Source of the DNA: Octopus bimaculoides
Lineage: Eukaryota
Length of the DNA: 64,000 bases
Reading direction: 5' to 3'
Assembly (NCBI RefSeq): GCF_001194135.2
Contig: NC_069000.1
Coordinates: forward strand, 10,358,075 to 10,422,074
In this document: positions 49,607-62,880 of the stretch, piece by piece
Position numbering within the stretch: the stretch's first letter is position 1
Layout: each line of letters opens with the position of its first letter
Program-made: the position numbers and the translations under genes
Notes under the pieces: model-generated
What the model was told of the DNA's origin: nothing
What the model saw: only the letters and a program-made list of their open reading frames with translations
Database searches by the model: none

Positions 49607-50694
49607 AAACCACGCTGGTGCCAAGATAGTAAACTTCAAAGCGGTGCTAACATGTATTAATGATAATCCTGTCTATTATAGGCACATCGACCGCAGTGTT
49701 TCATTGGTACTGAATTTATCGATCCCGAAACGATATGAAAGGCAAAGTCGACCCCGGCGGAATTTGAACTCAGAACACGAAAACAGACAAAATGCTGCTA
49801 AACATTTTGCCTGGCATGGTAAAGATTTTGCTTGGCATGGTAACGATTTTGCCATCTCACCACCTCAGTAATAGTAAATTAATTTCATTAAAAATAAAAG
49901 AAAAAAGACTGCAAAGAAAGCTTAAAAGTATTAACTAGTTGTAGATAATAAATTAAAAAAATTCTAAATTAGATACAAGCTCAGCAATTTCGTGAAAGTT
50001 AATCGATTAAATCGATCCTATACCTGACAAGTGCTTTATTTTACCGACTCCGAAATTATGGAAGNNNNNNNNNNNNNNNNNNNNNNNNNNNNNNNNNNNN
50101 NNNNNNNNNNNNNNNNNNNNNNNNNNNNNNNNNNNNNNNNNNNNNNNNNNNNNNNNNNNNNNNNNNNNNNNNNNNNNNNNNNNNNNNNNNNNNNNNNNNN
50201 NNNNNNNNNNNNNNNNNNNNNNNNNNNNNNNNNNNNNNNNNNNNNNNNNNNNNNNNNNNNNNNNNNNNNNNNNNNNNNNNNNNNNNNNNNNNNNNNNNNN
50301 NNNNNNNNNNNNNNNNNNNNNNNNNNNNNNNNNNNNNNNNNNNNNNNNNNNNNNNNNNNNNNNNNNNNNNNNNNNNNNNNNNNNNNNNNNNNNNNNNNNN
50401 NNNNNNNNNNNNNNNNNNNNNNNNNNNNNNNNNNNNNNNNNNNNNNNNNNNNNNNNNNNNNNNNNNNNNNNNNNNNNNNNNNNNNNNNNNNNNNNNNNNN
50501 NNNNNNNNNNNNNNNNNNNNNNNNNNNNNNNNNNNNNNNNGTTGTAGATATATATGCTTTATGCATATGTTGTTTCAGGTTCAATTTCACAGCACGACAC
50601 CTTGCGCAACTATTTTTTTAATTATAGCCCCAGGCTGACCAATGCCTTGTAAGAGAATTTGGTAGAGTGTGTTTGTGCCACTACTGCTTGACAA

Positions 50695-50854
50695 CTTTTT
50701 CGTTTTCTTCCAACCACTTGAAGATCTTTTTTCAATTCTCAACAGATTGTTTACAAATAATTCCACACAGATGTAAAACTACCTGTGTGGAAAATTTGAA
50801 AAGAATCTGTTGAGAACTGTAAAACCTTCGAGCGGTTGGAAGAAAACGAAAAAG
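50695..50854. mobile_element. ~160-bp palindromic MITE-like element
   Basis: ctttttcgttttcttccaacc...ttccacacag and ctgtgtggaa...ggttggaagaaaacgaaaaag are complementary arms around a short spacer. Inserted at a SINE remnant. Confidence 0.65.
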
Positions 50855-52911
50855 ATCCGAACAATTTCAAGGAAACCTTTAAGCAATTAGTGGAAAAACC
50901 GTGACCCAGGTTTTTTCTGAATGGCTCCACCTAACCAAAACATTATATATACAGAGAGAAAGAGGGAGAAGTGTGACCTTTCTGACGATGTGTCATACCT
51001 CATGTGGCCCACATCTCGAAAAATGGTTGTTCCATGCTTGCATTACTTGCTAGAAATAGCAAGCAAATCTTCAAATCATACTCCGGGATCTCTTTAAAGA
51101 GAACACATTTGCTTTATTGTAATCCAAGATACAGTGTTTGAAAACAAAAGACTAGATGGTCAGGTCGTATAGCCTTTGATCACAGGTCTGTTCAATCAGA
51201 GTCCAACCACAACCAAAAAGGCATCCATGCAAGTTAAATAGCAACAGCAAATGGGGGCCGCCCAAACCTGCTAGAAATAGCAGCCAAATTTTCCTCAAAT
51301 TCCCTACCGTCTTGAATAACAACTGTTTCAAACAATCTACAGATTCTGGCATACAAATGAATTTGGTGGTCACAGTTGGAACGCCTTTGAACATACGTCT
51401 GTCGTTGGGTTGGAGTAAGGTGAGAACTAAACTATAACACAAATAAACACTACCAAATGAGAATGTACTGAAGTCGTTGGTTCTTAGGTAAACAATTATA
51501 GAAACGACTGGTTGATGCTAACGGTAATTGGCAAAATAAGACAATGGTTAGAGATGATAACGATAAGAGATAGCAACGCTAAAACAATAACTAAGACAAG
51601 AACAACAACAGCAATAATAATAACAACAAAAAGTTGGAGCGAATAACCAATTGTTTTTGTTTCTAATAATAAACGAATGCAATGAAAAGACAATGCTTTA
51701 ATGCGAATGAGCTTCGCAATAACAACAATGAAAATTGCAAAACAGCAAACGAAAATATGGTTACAATATAATAAATGGAAAAAAAAATAATATAATAATT
51801 ATAATAATAATAATAATAAAACGTCTCAAAACGTCCCGAATGACGAGTTCAATCATGATGTGACTGCATAATAGAATTTACAACAAGAATAGGTAACGAG
51901 AGAGAGGGGGGGGGAGAACACAGATAGTTAAAGAATTGCAATTACAATTATCGATCTTTGTAAAATGTCGGTCAAGCTAATGTCAATTATGTGCATAATA
52001 ATAATAATGACGATGATGATGACGATTTTTTTTTTATTATTAGCCACAGGGGCATGGATGAAGGGGACCTCACAAGGACAGGCAACAATGTGGGGGGGGG
52101 GGTTACATGGAAGATGGAGAGAAAGATATGAAAAAGACAGTGAAATGTGATAAGAGTATACATGGTAAACAAAGTATGTGATAAGATGAATTATGCAGTC
52201 CTCCTGATAAAGGAGAAGCTTCAATTAGGGCCAATCACGGAGCCCCACAGATCCAAGATAACCCTACCACAAAAGGTACGAGCCCTCTCTCCTTCTCTCC
52301 AATCTACAGGAACGTAATTTAGAGTAGGGCCCATTCACTCTAGAATTTTGGCATGACGTTGAGAATTTTGAAGGAAGGGGTTACTGGTTCATCCGAAAGG
52401 ACGAAAGGTATAGTCGACCTCGGCGCAGTTTGAACTTAGAACGTAAAGAACCAGAAGATATCGCTAAGCTTTTCGTCCGACTCGTCGACGATTCTGCCAG
52501 TTTACCTTATTAATCACAATAATTCTTTCTACTATAGGTACAAAACCTGAAGTGGGGGCTAGGCAATTACATCGATCCAGTGCTCAACTGGATCTTATTG
52601 CAATGAACACCACCACCCTCTCACCCCCAAAAGGATAACGGGTAAAGTCGGCCTCGACAGAATTTGAACTAAAAACGCAATGACGGACGAAAGGCTGCTA
52701 AATAACGTAATGAAATACTGCTCTGCTCAATGGAGAAGCCAAATTTTAAAAAATGAGAAGCAAAAGATTTAATATTTAAATAACATGCAAATAATATGTA
52801 GCCTTTTATAAGCAGTTTAAAAGTAGAATAATTCTTTAGGCCGGAGTTTTCGTGAAGGTCATGTCAAGCCAGACAGTAACACACACACACACACACACAC
52901 ATACATACATA

Positions 52912-53157
52912 CAGGGGCAGATGCAAAAGCAGGTATATAGTATCACATCATTGTTATAATACTCAATTCATTAAAATCACTAGCACATTAAATTAGTTAG
53001 CCTCATTTTTGATATTTTCAGTGTCATTAATCATAATGCATTTATCATTACTACAATAATACTTTAATCCTAACATTTTTTTAAAATAAAAAAATAAATG
53101 AGTATTGTACGTGTTTTCTCTATTCATAACTGTATAACCTACTTTTGCACCACCCTG
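52912..53157. mobile_element. Tc1/mariner-type MITE abutting the rosa-like copy
   Basis: TA followed by caggggcagatgcaaaagcaggtatata, and right end gtataacctacttttgcaccaccctg, form an imperfect TIR pair around an AT-rich interior. Confidence 0.65.
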
Positions 53158-54486
53158 AGAGACAGAGAAGACAGACGTTTTTGAAATGGCTATTACTCAG
53201 CCCCAGAGGTAGGGACATATGTCCGACAGGTACCGTTCGGTCCGTGGTGTCTTAGCATTTTTTCTTTCTTTTCAGGTGAAGCCAAGGCGATGTGGACGAT
53301 AGAGCATCGCGTGTTTGCCTACGACAGTTACGTAAAGTATAACGAGTCTGTCACGGCAGTTCACCTTGAGCTTCGGCACCATTTCAACATTCACCGAAAT
53401 CAGGCTGTTCCCACCCGTAAACAATCGTACGTTGGGTGAATGCACCTCGTACACGAGGTACACTCATGAATAGGAGACAGGTGGTGGCGCCACGAAGAGT
53501 ACGGGCCCAGGGAAATGTGTGGAACGCGTCAGACAAGCTTTGATATGGAGTCCGAGTCGCTCTGCTCAGTGACATTCCATTGAACTAGGCATCGGTAATT
53601 GATCTGTAAGGCGTATTTTCCATGAAGACCTGCATTTCCACCCGTACAAATTGGTCATTGGGCAACAGTTGAAATCATGGGACTATGCACAGCAGCTTAA
53701 CTTTGCATGTCAGATGGAAGAAATCTTTGAGGCAAATGACGACCTCATTTTGTTAATGAGTGATGAAGCTCATTTTCATCTCAGTGGCATGGTGAATCAA
53801 CGAAACTGCCGTTATGGGGCTCTTGAAAATCTGAGAGAACTACACGAAAGACCATTGCACAGCCCAAAAGTGACGGTCTGGTGTGCTGTTGGAAAAGCTA
53901 TCGCCATTGGTCTTTACTCTTTTGAAGACAATAATGGAGATGCTTTTTACTGTGAACTTCGAGCGTTACATCGAGATAAGCAACAATTCTGTGCCTGAAT
54001 TACGATGAAAACGTATGCCTATTCGACGTGTGTAGTTTCAGCAGGATGGGGCGAAACCAGAGCATCAATAGACGTTCTTCGCCCTCCTTCTGATATAAGA
54101 AAGGACGGCCTCATTTCCAGGTTTGCTGACATTCCTTGGTCCCCCTCGGTCCCTTGATTTGTCTGTGTGATTATTTCTTGTGGGGTAACCTCAGGGCACG
54201 TGTGTATGCGGATAAGCCCCGTACATTGGACGATTTGAAGGAAGCTATTCGCGTGGAAGTCGCCCAAATCGACAGAGCAATGCTGGAGAGAGTGGAAGCC
54301 AAGTTCCAAGAACACCTTCAGAAATGCATCAATGAAAATGGACACCAAATGATGGATGTTGTTTTCCACACCTGATTTTGACAAATGCTAAGCCAATACG
54401 AACACATTGATGTCAATAAAATTTGTTTGCAGCTAAAATTGATGATTTTGTGAATATTTCAAAAACGTTCTCTCTGCCTCACCCTG
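53158..54486 (+). mobile_element. Tc1/mariner DNA transposon, rosa/DD41D-like, disrupted
   Basis: Right TIR ...aaaaacgttctctctgcctcaccctg with an imperfect left counterpart gagagacagagaagacagacgtttttgaaat. Internal transposase motifs are present. Confidence 0.9.
53290..54375 (+). pseudogene. Transposase pseudogene (DDD domain)
   Basis: Reads MWTIEHRVFAY...HFHPYKL...MSDEAHFHLSGMVNQRNCRY...PLHSPKVTVWCAV...FQQDGA...CDYFLWGNL...KPRTLDDLKEAIR. Several frameshifts and in-frame stops; two TGA stops look CGA-derived. Confidence 0.9.
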
Positions 54487-55501
54487 CATGTGTGTGTGTA
54501 TATATATATATATATNNNNNNNNNNNNNNNNNNNNNNNNNNNNNNNNNNNNNNNNNNNNNNNNNNNNNNNNNNNNNNNNNNNNNNNNNNNNNNNNNNNNN
54601 NNNNNNNNNNNNNNNNNNNNNNNNNNNNNNNNNNNNNNNNNNNNNTATATATATACCTTCTACTATAGGCACAAGGCCTGAAATTTGGGGGAAGGGAGTT
54701 AAGTCGATTACATCGACCCAGTGTTCAACTGGTATTTATTTTATCGACCCCGAAATCACTTCTACAGTTTTTGTTTACCAAATTAACACTTGTCCAAGGT
54801 GCCGCGCAGTGGGACTGAACCCGAAATCACGTGGTTGGCTGCAAAGCGAACTTCTTAACCATACAGCCATGCATTCTAACTTGTTACGTCACGCTGTGTG
54901 GGCAGTAACAATACCAATCAGATAACATAGACGAAAATAGAAACTGTTTTAACTCTCACAGTGATAAAGAAAAGCTAAAGAAAAGAGAAAACATGGACTA
55001 CAAAATGAGCAGCCAACAACGCAAGAAACTGCAGAAGATTCTAGAGAAAATCAGTTACATCCTTTGGAAAATTCTGTCCATAAGAGAACACATACCAAGT
55101 CCTATATACAATTACACAACAGACATTCAAGAATTAGTTTGCACAAACTCATTAGATATATATACAGTGAGAAATAACCAAAACTTAAGATAGATTATAA
55201 TACAACATGACAGGAGAATATGGTTATGAGCTTGCTTCGAAGCCGACCAGCCACAAGCCATTTTAATTATTCATTTGGCGGCGGCGACCATGTTTATGTA
55301 AACGAAATTTTTGTTCTTCTTCAAGGCTGGGTTGCGTATGGTACTAAATTTTGATTCGTTTCTTTTATCTTTTACTTGTTTCAGTCACAGGAATGCGGCC
55401 ATGCTGGGGCACCGGCTTGAAGGGTTTTGGTCGGACAAACCGACGACCACAGTACTTAATTATTTTCATTAAAATAATTTAGGATCTTTTTTAAAACGGG
55501 G

Positions 55502-56497
55502 NNNNNNNNNNNNNNNNNNNNNNNNNNNNNNNNNNNNNNNNNNNNNNNNNNNNNNNNNNNNNNNNNNNNNNNNNNNNNNNNNNNNNNNNNNNNNNNNNNN
55601 NNNNNNNNNNNNNNNNNNNNNNNNNNNNNNNNNNNNNNNNNNNNNNNNNNNNNNNNNNNNNNNNNNNNNNNNNNNNNNNNNNNNNNNNNNNNNNNNNNNN
55701 NNNNNNNNNNNNNNNNNNNNNNNNNNNNNNNNNNNNNNNNNNNNNNNNNNNNNNNNNNNNNNNNNNNNNNNNNNNNNNNNNNNNNNNNNNNNNNNNNNNN
55801 NNNNNNNNNNNNNNNNNNNNNNNNNNNNNNNNNNNNNNNNNNNNNNNNNNNNNNNNNNNNNNNNNNNNNNNNNNNNNNNNNNNNNNNNNNNNNNNNNNNN
55901 NNNNNNNNNNNNNNNNNNNNNNNNNNNNNNNNNNNNNNNNNNNNNNNNNNNNNNNNNNNNNNNNNNNNNNNNNNNNNNNNNNNNNNNNNNNNNNNNNNNN
56001 NNNNNNNNNNNNNNNNNNNNNNNNNNNNNNNNNNNNNNNNNNNNNNNNNNNNNNNNNNNNNNNNNNNNNNNNNNNNNNNNNNNNNNNNNNNNNNNNNNNN
56101 NNNNNNNNNNNNNNNNNNNNNNNNNNNNNNNNNNNNNNNNNNNNNNNNNNNNNNNNNNNNNNNNNNNNNNNNNNNNNNNNNNNNNNNNNNNNNNNNNNNN
56201 NNNNNNNNNNNNNNNNNNNNNNNNNNNNNNNNNNNNNNNNNNNNNNNNNNNNNNNNNNNNNNNNNNNNNNNNNNNNNNNNNNNNNNNNNNNNNNNNNNNN
56301 NNNNNNNNNNNNNNNNNNNNNNNNNNNNNNNNNNNNNNNNNNNNNNNNNNNNNNNNNNNNNNNNNNNNNNNNNNNNNNNNNNNNNNNNNNNNNNNNNNNN
56401 NNNNNNNNNNNNNNNNNNNNNNNNNNNNNNNNNNNNNNNNNNNNNNNNNNNNNNNNNNNNNNNNNNNNNNNNNNNNNNNNNNNNNNNNNNNNNNNNN
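55502..56497. other. Assembly gap (N)
   Basis: N-run. Other gaps at 7017-7051, 19916-19925, 22723-22868, 34050-34665, 47321-48154, 50065-50540 and 54516-54645 could hide exons. Confidence 1.
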
Positions 56498-56583
56498 CTA
56501 GAAGAAAACGGATAATACTGGTAAGTCGTTCAGTTATTTCCCTTGAATATTTTTTTTTTATCCCCCTAAACTTGAAGATTACC

Positions 56584-56619
<36 letters not shown>

Positions 56620-58654
56620 TACTAGCTGGTGTACCCGGTAATTCCTGGGGACAAAGATGTTCTATTGAAACGCCTTATTACTCTGATATAAGAAAGCAAT
56701 TTCGTTATAACTGACACAAAAGGTGTATTTTCCGTCACGAAAAAGTACAAAAAACTGTCAGCTGGAGGAGGGAGAGATTGTTGGAGGTTGATGAGAAAGA
56801 TAATAATTAATAAGGCAACAAGCTTCCACTATCTTCAAGTTATAGTTCTCCGAGGAGTTGTACATCGACATATTCCATCAGAAAGAATACATTCTTTGAA
56901 GACAATGCTTAATAATAAAAAAAAATTCAATCAAAAATAAATATCTCAAATATCGATTACTCTACTTCTTTTGTACTTTCTTGACCCAGGAAAGAAGAAA
57001 GACCAAGTCGACCTTGGCGGAATGTGAACTTATATTAAAAATTATTTTAAAAAAATAATAGTTTCCGTCTACCAAATCCATTCACAAGGCTTTGGTCGGC
57101 CCGAGGCTATAGTAGAAGAAACTTGCCCAAGCTGCCATGCAGTGGGACTGAACCCGGAAGTATGTGGTTGGTAAGCAAGCTACTTACCACACAGCCACTC
57201 TTACGCCTTATACATAGATATATACAAGATCTACACAGATATAAGAGCTAGAATTTGTGATCTGCCCGCGGACCTTTTTCTTAGGAAATTTTTGCCCGCC
57301 GCACTAAAAATTTCCCTACCCCTGATTTAGCACATTCAGAGATGCAGCGCTTTAGTTAACTAGTTTCGGCATATTGCCTCGTCAGTTCAAAAACTGCTGG
57401 GTTCGGTAACACATTTTTCACTCTTCTATAAAAGATAAGCTTAAGTACTTTACTCGACTCCGTTGAATACCGACCCGACAGAATTTTAACTCCGTTGCTT
57501 CAATCAAACGGAATCAAAATAATTAACACAAATATTAGTGATCGATGCAACGATGTAATTAATATTAATGAGCCCACTGCTGCTATATTAACCAATATAA
57601 TTAAAAATAATGACCACTGTAACGATAACACTCAATATAATTAACGATTATGACCAATGTACAAAATCTATCGTAAATTTATACAATAACTTATTTTAAT
57701 ACACCACTTTCGACAGAATACCTCTCAGCATATTACAAAGTCGCATACAAATATATATATATATATGAACAAAGATACATATATACACACATATATATAT
57801 ATGTGTGTGTGTGTTATATTAAAAATGGGGAAAGCCGGTTTATGGGATTACCTTAGGTTTCCCGTCCATAAAGGGTTTAGCTTTATGGCGAATCGTCACA
57901 TCCCCAAAACCTGTCGTCACTTTTAATATCTACTTTTCAAAGCTTACATAAGTTATACGAGATTCGTTCAGGGAGATATTTTATGTCCGGATACTCTCCC
58001 TGTCATCAACTTATCAGTTTTTTTGTTGTTTTTTTTACCCCGCAAGGGAGGGAATATTTCCTATAATCCTTTGGACGTGAAAAGCACAAAAGCCGGATAT
58101 GTTTTTCGCGGATGAGACTGCAAATGAACGTCACGTTTTGAATGTCAGGCGACACTTGTTTATGCTAACCACAGGATGTCAAGACAAAGATGAATTAACA
58201 CAGAACTTGAAGACACGGAAACGCGTGTGTGTGTAAGGATATATATATATAAATATACACCCCCATACAGAAGCATACATACCTCCATATCGATATATGT
58301 GTATGTATGTATGTATGTATGTATTATATATATATATATATGTGTGTGTGTATGTACGTATATATATAAGAATAAGATCATTATTTAAAATACCGATCAT
58401 ATCAAGTGGTCAGCATGGGAATAAAAACCTTATAGGTAATAATTATGATTAAAATTATAATTAAGGATATCTAAAAAATATCGCCATGCTAGGGATTATC
58501 CAATAATTTTTTGCTAGTTTATTTGTCTATTTGTCTTTTCTCCTGGTGCTGTATGAATACTTGATGTGGCTTTAGTGTCAAGTTTTGACTGCTATCTCTA
58601 GCTTGGTGGTATCTTTCAGATACCCTTAATTATAATTTTAATATATATATATAC

Positions 58655-59020
58655 TTTTATTTCCTTCAGTCATTTGACTGCGGCCATGCTGGAGCACCGC
58701 CTTTTAGTCGAACAAATCGACCCCAGGACTTATTCTTTATAATCCTAGTACTTATTCTATCGGTCTATTTTGCCGAACCGCTAAGTAACGGGGGGCGTAA
58801 ACACATCCACGTCGGTTGTCAAGCGATAGTTGGGGAACAAACACACACACATATATATACACGACGGGTTTCTTTCAGTTTCCGTCTACCAAATCCCCTC
58901 ACAAGGCTTTGGTTGGAGCGAGGCTATAGTAGAAGACACTTGCCCAAGGTGTCACACAGTAGGACAGAACCCGAAACCATATGGTTGGGAAGCAAGCTTC
59001 TTATCACAGCCACACCTGTG
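58655..59020 (-). mobile_element. SINE family B, full length
   Basis: Full reverse-complement match with CpGs retained. Other partial copies at about 9120-9285, 21887-22020, 28485-28718, 31185-31366, 39475-39700, 48710-48900 and 57060-57210. Confidence 0.85.
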
Positions 59021-60289
59021 TAAGATGTAATGGTGTCACTCCATTTGAAGTTGTAGTTAAGGCTTAACTTGTACTCTCTTATGTGGGCAGACTCTGTAAC
59101 TTGCCATAATAACACAGTATCAATGCTATAAGTAAATAAGACATCTTAGCTATGTCTATCTATGAAGCCATTATGGCTGTCTCATGAAAGCTGGTCAATG
59201 ACCCTGAAATCGTTTGATAATACTACAAGATGTTTCTACTATACACGATTCAGGGTGATCTGCAGATACTGCTTCCAGGCATCATCTTATACAGTACACA
59301 GTTTCTGACAGTTGATGTGGGTTTGAAGTACATACCATGCAGTTATTTTGATAAATGTCTTTGCCAAAATAAGACTTACAGATAACAAATTTAATGGATC
59401 TACCTGTCTTTTCAACACAGGCATCACTATGTGGTTGATAGTTTCATTTCCCAATCACGCAGTTTTGGATTCAGTTCCACTTGGTCAAATGCCCTCTCTA
59501 CAGCCCTGGGGTGGGTCAAAGTCTTATTGAGTGCATTTGATAGGCAAAAATGTGAAAGAAGCCTATTGTGTGGCGTGTATGTATCCTTACATTTAATTCA
59601 ACATAATAATTTTTTTAAATGAATTAAGATGATTACACTTATTTAGAAGAACTTAAATGCTTCCCTAAGTACTGATTAATAATTGCACCCTAATATAATA
59701 GGTTGGGTCTACCTTCCAGATCCAGCATACTTATACTTATCAGAGATATTGTATTTCATCAAGATACTTTTACTTTATTTTCTAATTATGGTTGCTATTA
59801 TATTTATTACTTCAATTATTACAGTCATTACTGTTATTATTATCATTAAAATTTTAAAACTCTACAAGTGGATTTGATAATTTTTTAAAATTATTTTCAA
59901 TTACTTTTCTATTTATTTTGATTAATTTTACTCTTACTTTTATTTCTAATTAATTTGAATTTTAATTTCTTTTTTACCTTAGGTTATCTTTAACCATATT
60001 GCAATTATCTTAAATTTTAAACTTTAAATATTTATTCCTTTAAGAAAAACAATCTCTTCTAAATAGAACAAATTACCAGAGTAAATAACATACTGATTAA
60101 TTCCTAGAGCATTCTCGCTAACGAACATGTCTTCCACCTAAATCCTACATATAAAATTGATACTGATGAAATAACATTCCAGTGTGTCCTAAATAATGCC
60201 TTAGAAACAACTTTAGCTATGTATTTGTTGAGGTCAACAACAGTTTTAAAACAGTAGGGATTTTTGCTGCATCGAATTACAATACTAAT

Positions 60290-60475
60290 TTAACCATACA
60301 ATTCTGAAGGAGATCTGCTGGTACATGAACCAACCACATGTTCTGGCCGAATATTGTTAAGTTTGCTACTATCTCCCTTAAAATATTCTCTGTTCTCTCT
60401 TCCAAACAATGCGATGAAGTTTTGAGGAAAACACATTGGTGTTAATTTCTTGATCTCTGTAGAACTTTTAGATGT
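60290..60475 (-). CDS. Candidate coding exon of a second minus-strand gene (TSKSSTEIKKLTPMCFPQNFIALFGRENREYFKGDSSKLNNIRPEHVVGSCTSRSPSELYG*)
   Basis: 61 open codons from acceptor gatcaatctatattag|. Protein-like composition, while the codon-aligned plus frame has stops. Confidence 0.35.
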   Translation of the reverse strand, partial: TSKSSTEIKKLTPMCFPQNFIALFGRENREYFKGDSSKLNNIRPEHVVGSCTSRSPSELYG

Positions 60476-62049
60476 CTAATATAGATTGATCAATATGCAT
60501 GATTAATAAATCAGAATTATGTAATACCCATGTATCCGAAACGTAAGAGTCTAATTTTTCATTCATTTGTGCCATTCTACTATACCTTATATATCTTAAA
60601 TTGAATTTATTCATTGTATGAACTTTGGACTACTAATTGGATAGACAACAGAATGTAAATTTATGGAATTTGTGGATTACAATGACTTTTACAGGTCAAT
60701 TTGGTGAGCCTAGTTTGACTCCTACCAGGTGTTTAAAAATTATTCACCTGAATTTCAAATCCATTCTTCATCACACACACATATTTGTGTGTATGACTGT
60801 GTATTTCTTCACATTTGAAATTACAAACACAAAACGGGAGCAGATGTTGTCACTTCCTGCCAACAATACCTACAAGGATTTTCATGGTTTCTAAACCACG
60901 TGAAATGATTTCTTACATGAAAAGCAAGTAAGGGTTAGTGTCTGGAAGGGTATCTGGCTGTAAAATAATAAATACCCCACATGTTTGTCCAACCCAAGCA
61001 AGCACGGAAAAACAGGTGTAAAACAAATATGTGAAAAAATGAAATGTGCAAGCATAGCTGTATGAATTTGGTAGATGGAAACTGAAAGAAGCTTGTTGAA
61101 GATACATTTACATATATTTCAAATACACACACACACACATATATATATACATATCATAAATGTGTGTGTCCTTGACATGTGATAATTGCAAACAAGTATC
61201 ACTTTCATACAAGTGATGTTTGCTTCCAGTCCTCCATGAAAACCATGTCTGGTTATGGGAAAATATTACCCCACTTGAAAACTGGTGAGGGTCTGCGACA
61301 GAAAACCTGCATTAACAAATTCCATCTGGCCCCTAGAAGCATGGAAACGAGTATCACTGTCATACAAGCAGTGTCGTTCACTTCCAATATTCTGCGAAAA
61401 TAAGTCAAGCAATGGGAAAATCATACATTGCTTGGAAATAGGTGATGGTCTCCAAGCAAGGTAATATTCCCCACTGGCCAAAAATGATTTGGCAGAATAT
61501 TGGAAATGAATGACATTCATTTACAACAGTCATGTAATATCAGGACAAAAACACAAACACACATGCAGGAAGGGCATTTTACCATAGAAAATCTACCACA
61601 ATAATCTGTCCTATTCATGCAAACATGGCACAGTGGATGTTAAAACAATGATATGGGTGTGGGTGTGTGTGTGTGTGTATTTGAAGAGATTTTTTTCTCA
61701 AAGAGTTAAGATTGAGAAAAGAACCTTTTTAGAAAGTCGAAAGGAAGGGAGATTAGCACCAATACTTGATGGTTTACTTTAAGATTTGAACTTGAATGCA
61801 GAGTGCCACTGCAAATATCATGAGACATAGCATCCAAATCTCTAACAATTCATTTGGTACAGTACAAATTTATTCTTCTCTAAGGAGAATAGCATTGACA
61901 GTGACCTCAAAATTTCAACCAGCTAAGCCATCATCAGATATGATTTAATGTACACACATACATGTATATATATTAATTTATTTAGATTGAATTTAATTTT
62001 GCTTCTCATGTTTCACACCACAGCAATCTGAGAAGTTACAACTTCGTTA

Positions 62050-62880
62050 TGGCTGTTCATTTATATCTACTCAAGTGGGTGTGGTCTCTTGTTAGTTGCT
62101 ACGTTCTCTGCTTTGTTTCTCTTGGTTGCTTTTTATCATCTGTCTCTTCATTAACTGTTTTCGTCGTTTGCTTTCACTTGTTGGGTAACTAATGTTTACT
62201 TTCATTAAATTCGTTGGTTAGGGTTCCTTTAAAATACTTGTAGTTTCGCTTATCTCATCATGTTATTCATTTACTGAATATCTCATTAAAGGCTCACTTA
62301 ATTGTGAAGGATCTATGTTGTGTTTGTTTGTTTTGGTCAAGTTTGTTTCTGAAAAAGTTTTGCATTTCATTAGGATTCACAGTAGAGTGATTTTTGATTG
62401 GTTGCTTCCTCTTTGTATTTCTATGTTCTTTTATGTGTGTCCCAATTTTGTTTTGGCCAAGATTAAAAGATTTCATGAACTGTTTGTGGGTGTAGATTTT
62501 GTATTTCATGAGATCCAGTGTATCAATTACCTACGGTAGGGTAATTATTCAGGCTTGTCTTTACGTGGTGTATTTTAAAGATTAATGTAGGTCAAATGTT
62601 CTTGTGGCCATCAACGTTTCTTTTTTCTTCCAATGTGTTGAAACTTGCTTCTTTGGTGACTGTTTTATCCTTGTTTGGAGTGCAGACAGTTTATTAAAGA
62701 TGAATTTGTTTTAGTGAATACAGTGAGAAATAATCTCTTGTTTAGTGTAATCATGTTTAATTTATCAGTGACGCACAGTGAGCGTGCTCTGGAACTATCT
62801 TTGTGTACAAGAGTGTACAGATTATTAATTACCACATAACACTTATTGCAAGATAAATATTCAGAACAAATAAACCACAT
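62050..62880 (-). mobile_element. Decayed Penelope-like element with GIY-YIG remnant
   Basis: A-rich minus strand. ORF 62294-62509 reads KYKIY...LGQNKIGTHIKEHR, resembling the GIY-YIG motif VYKI...YIGQTxRxLxTRIKEH. Confidence 0.55.
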
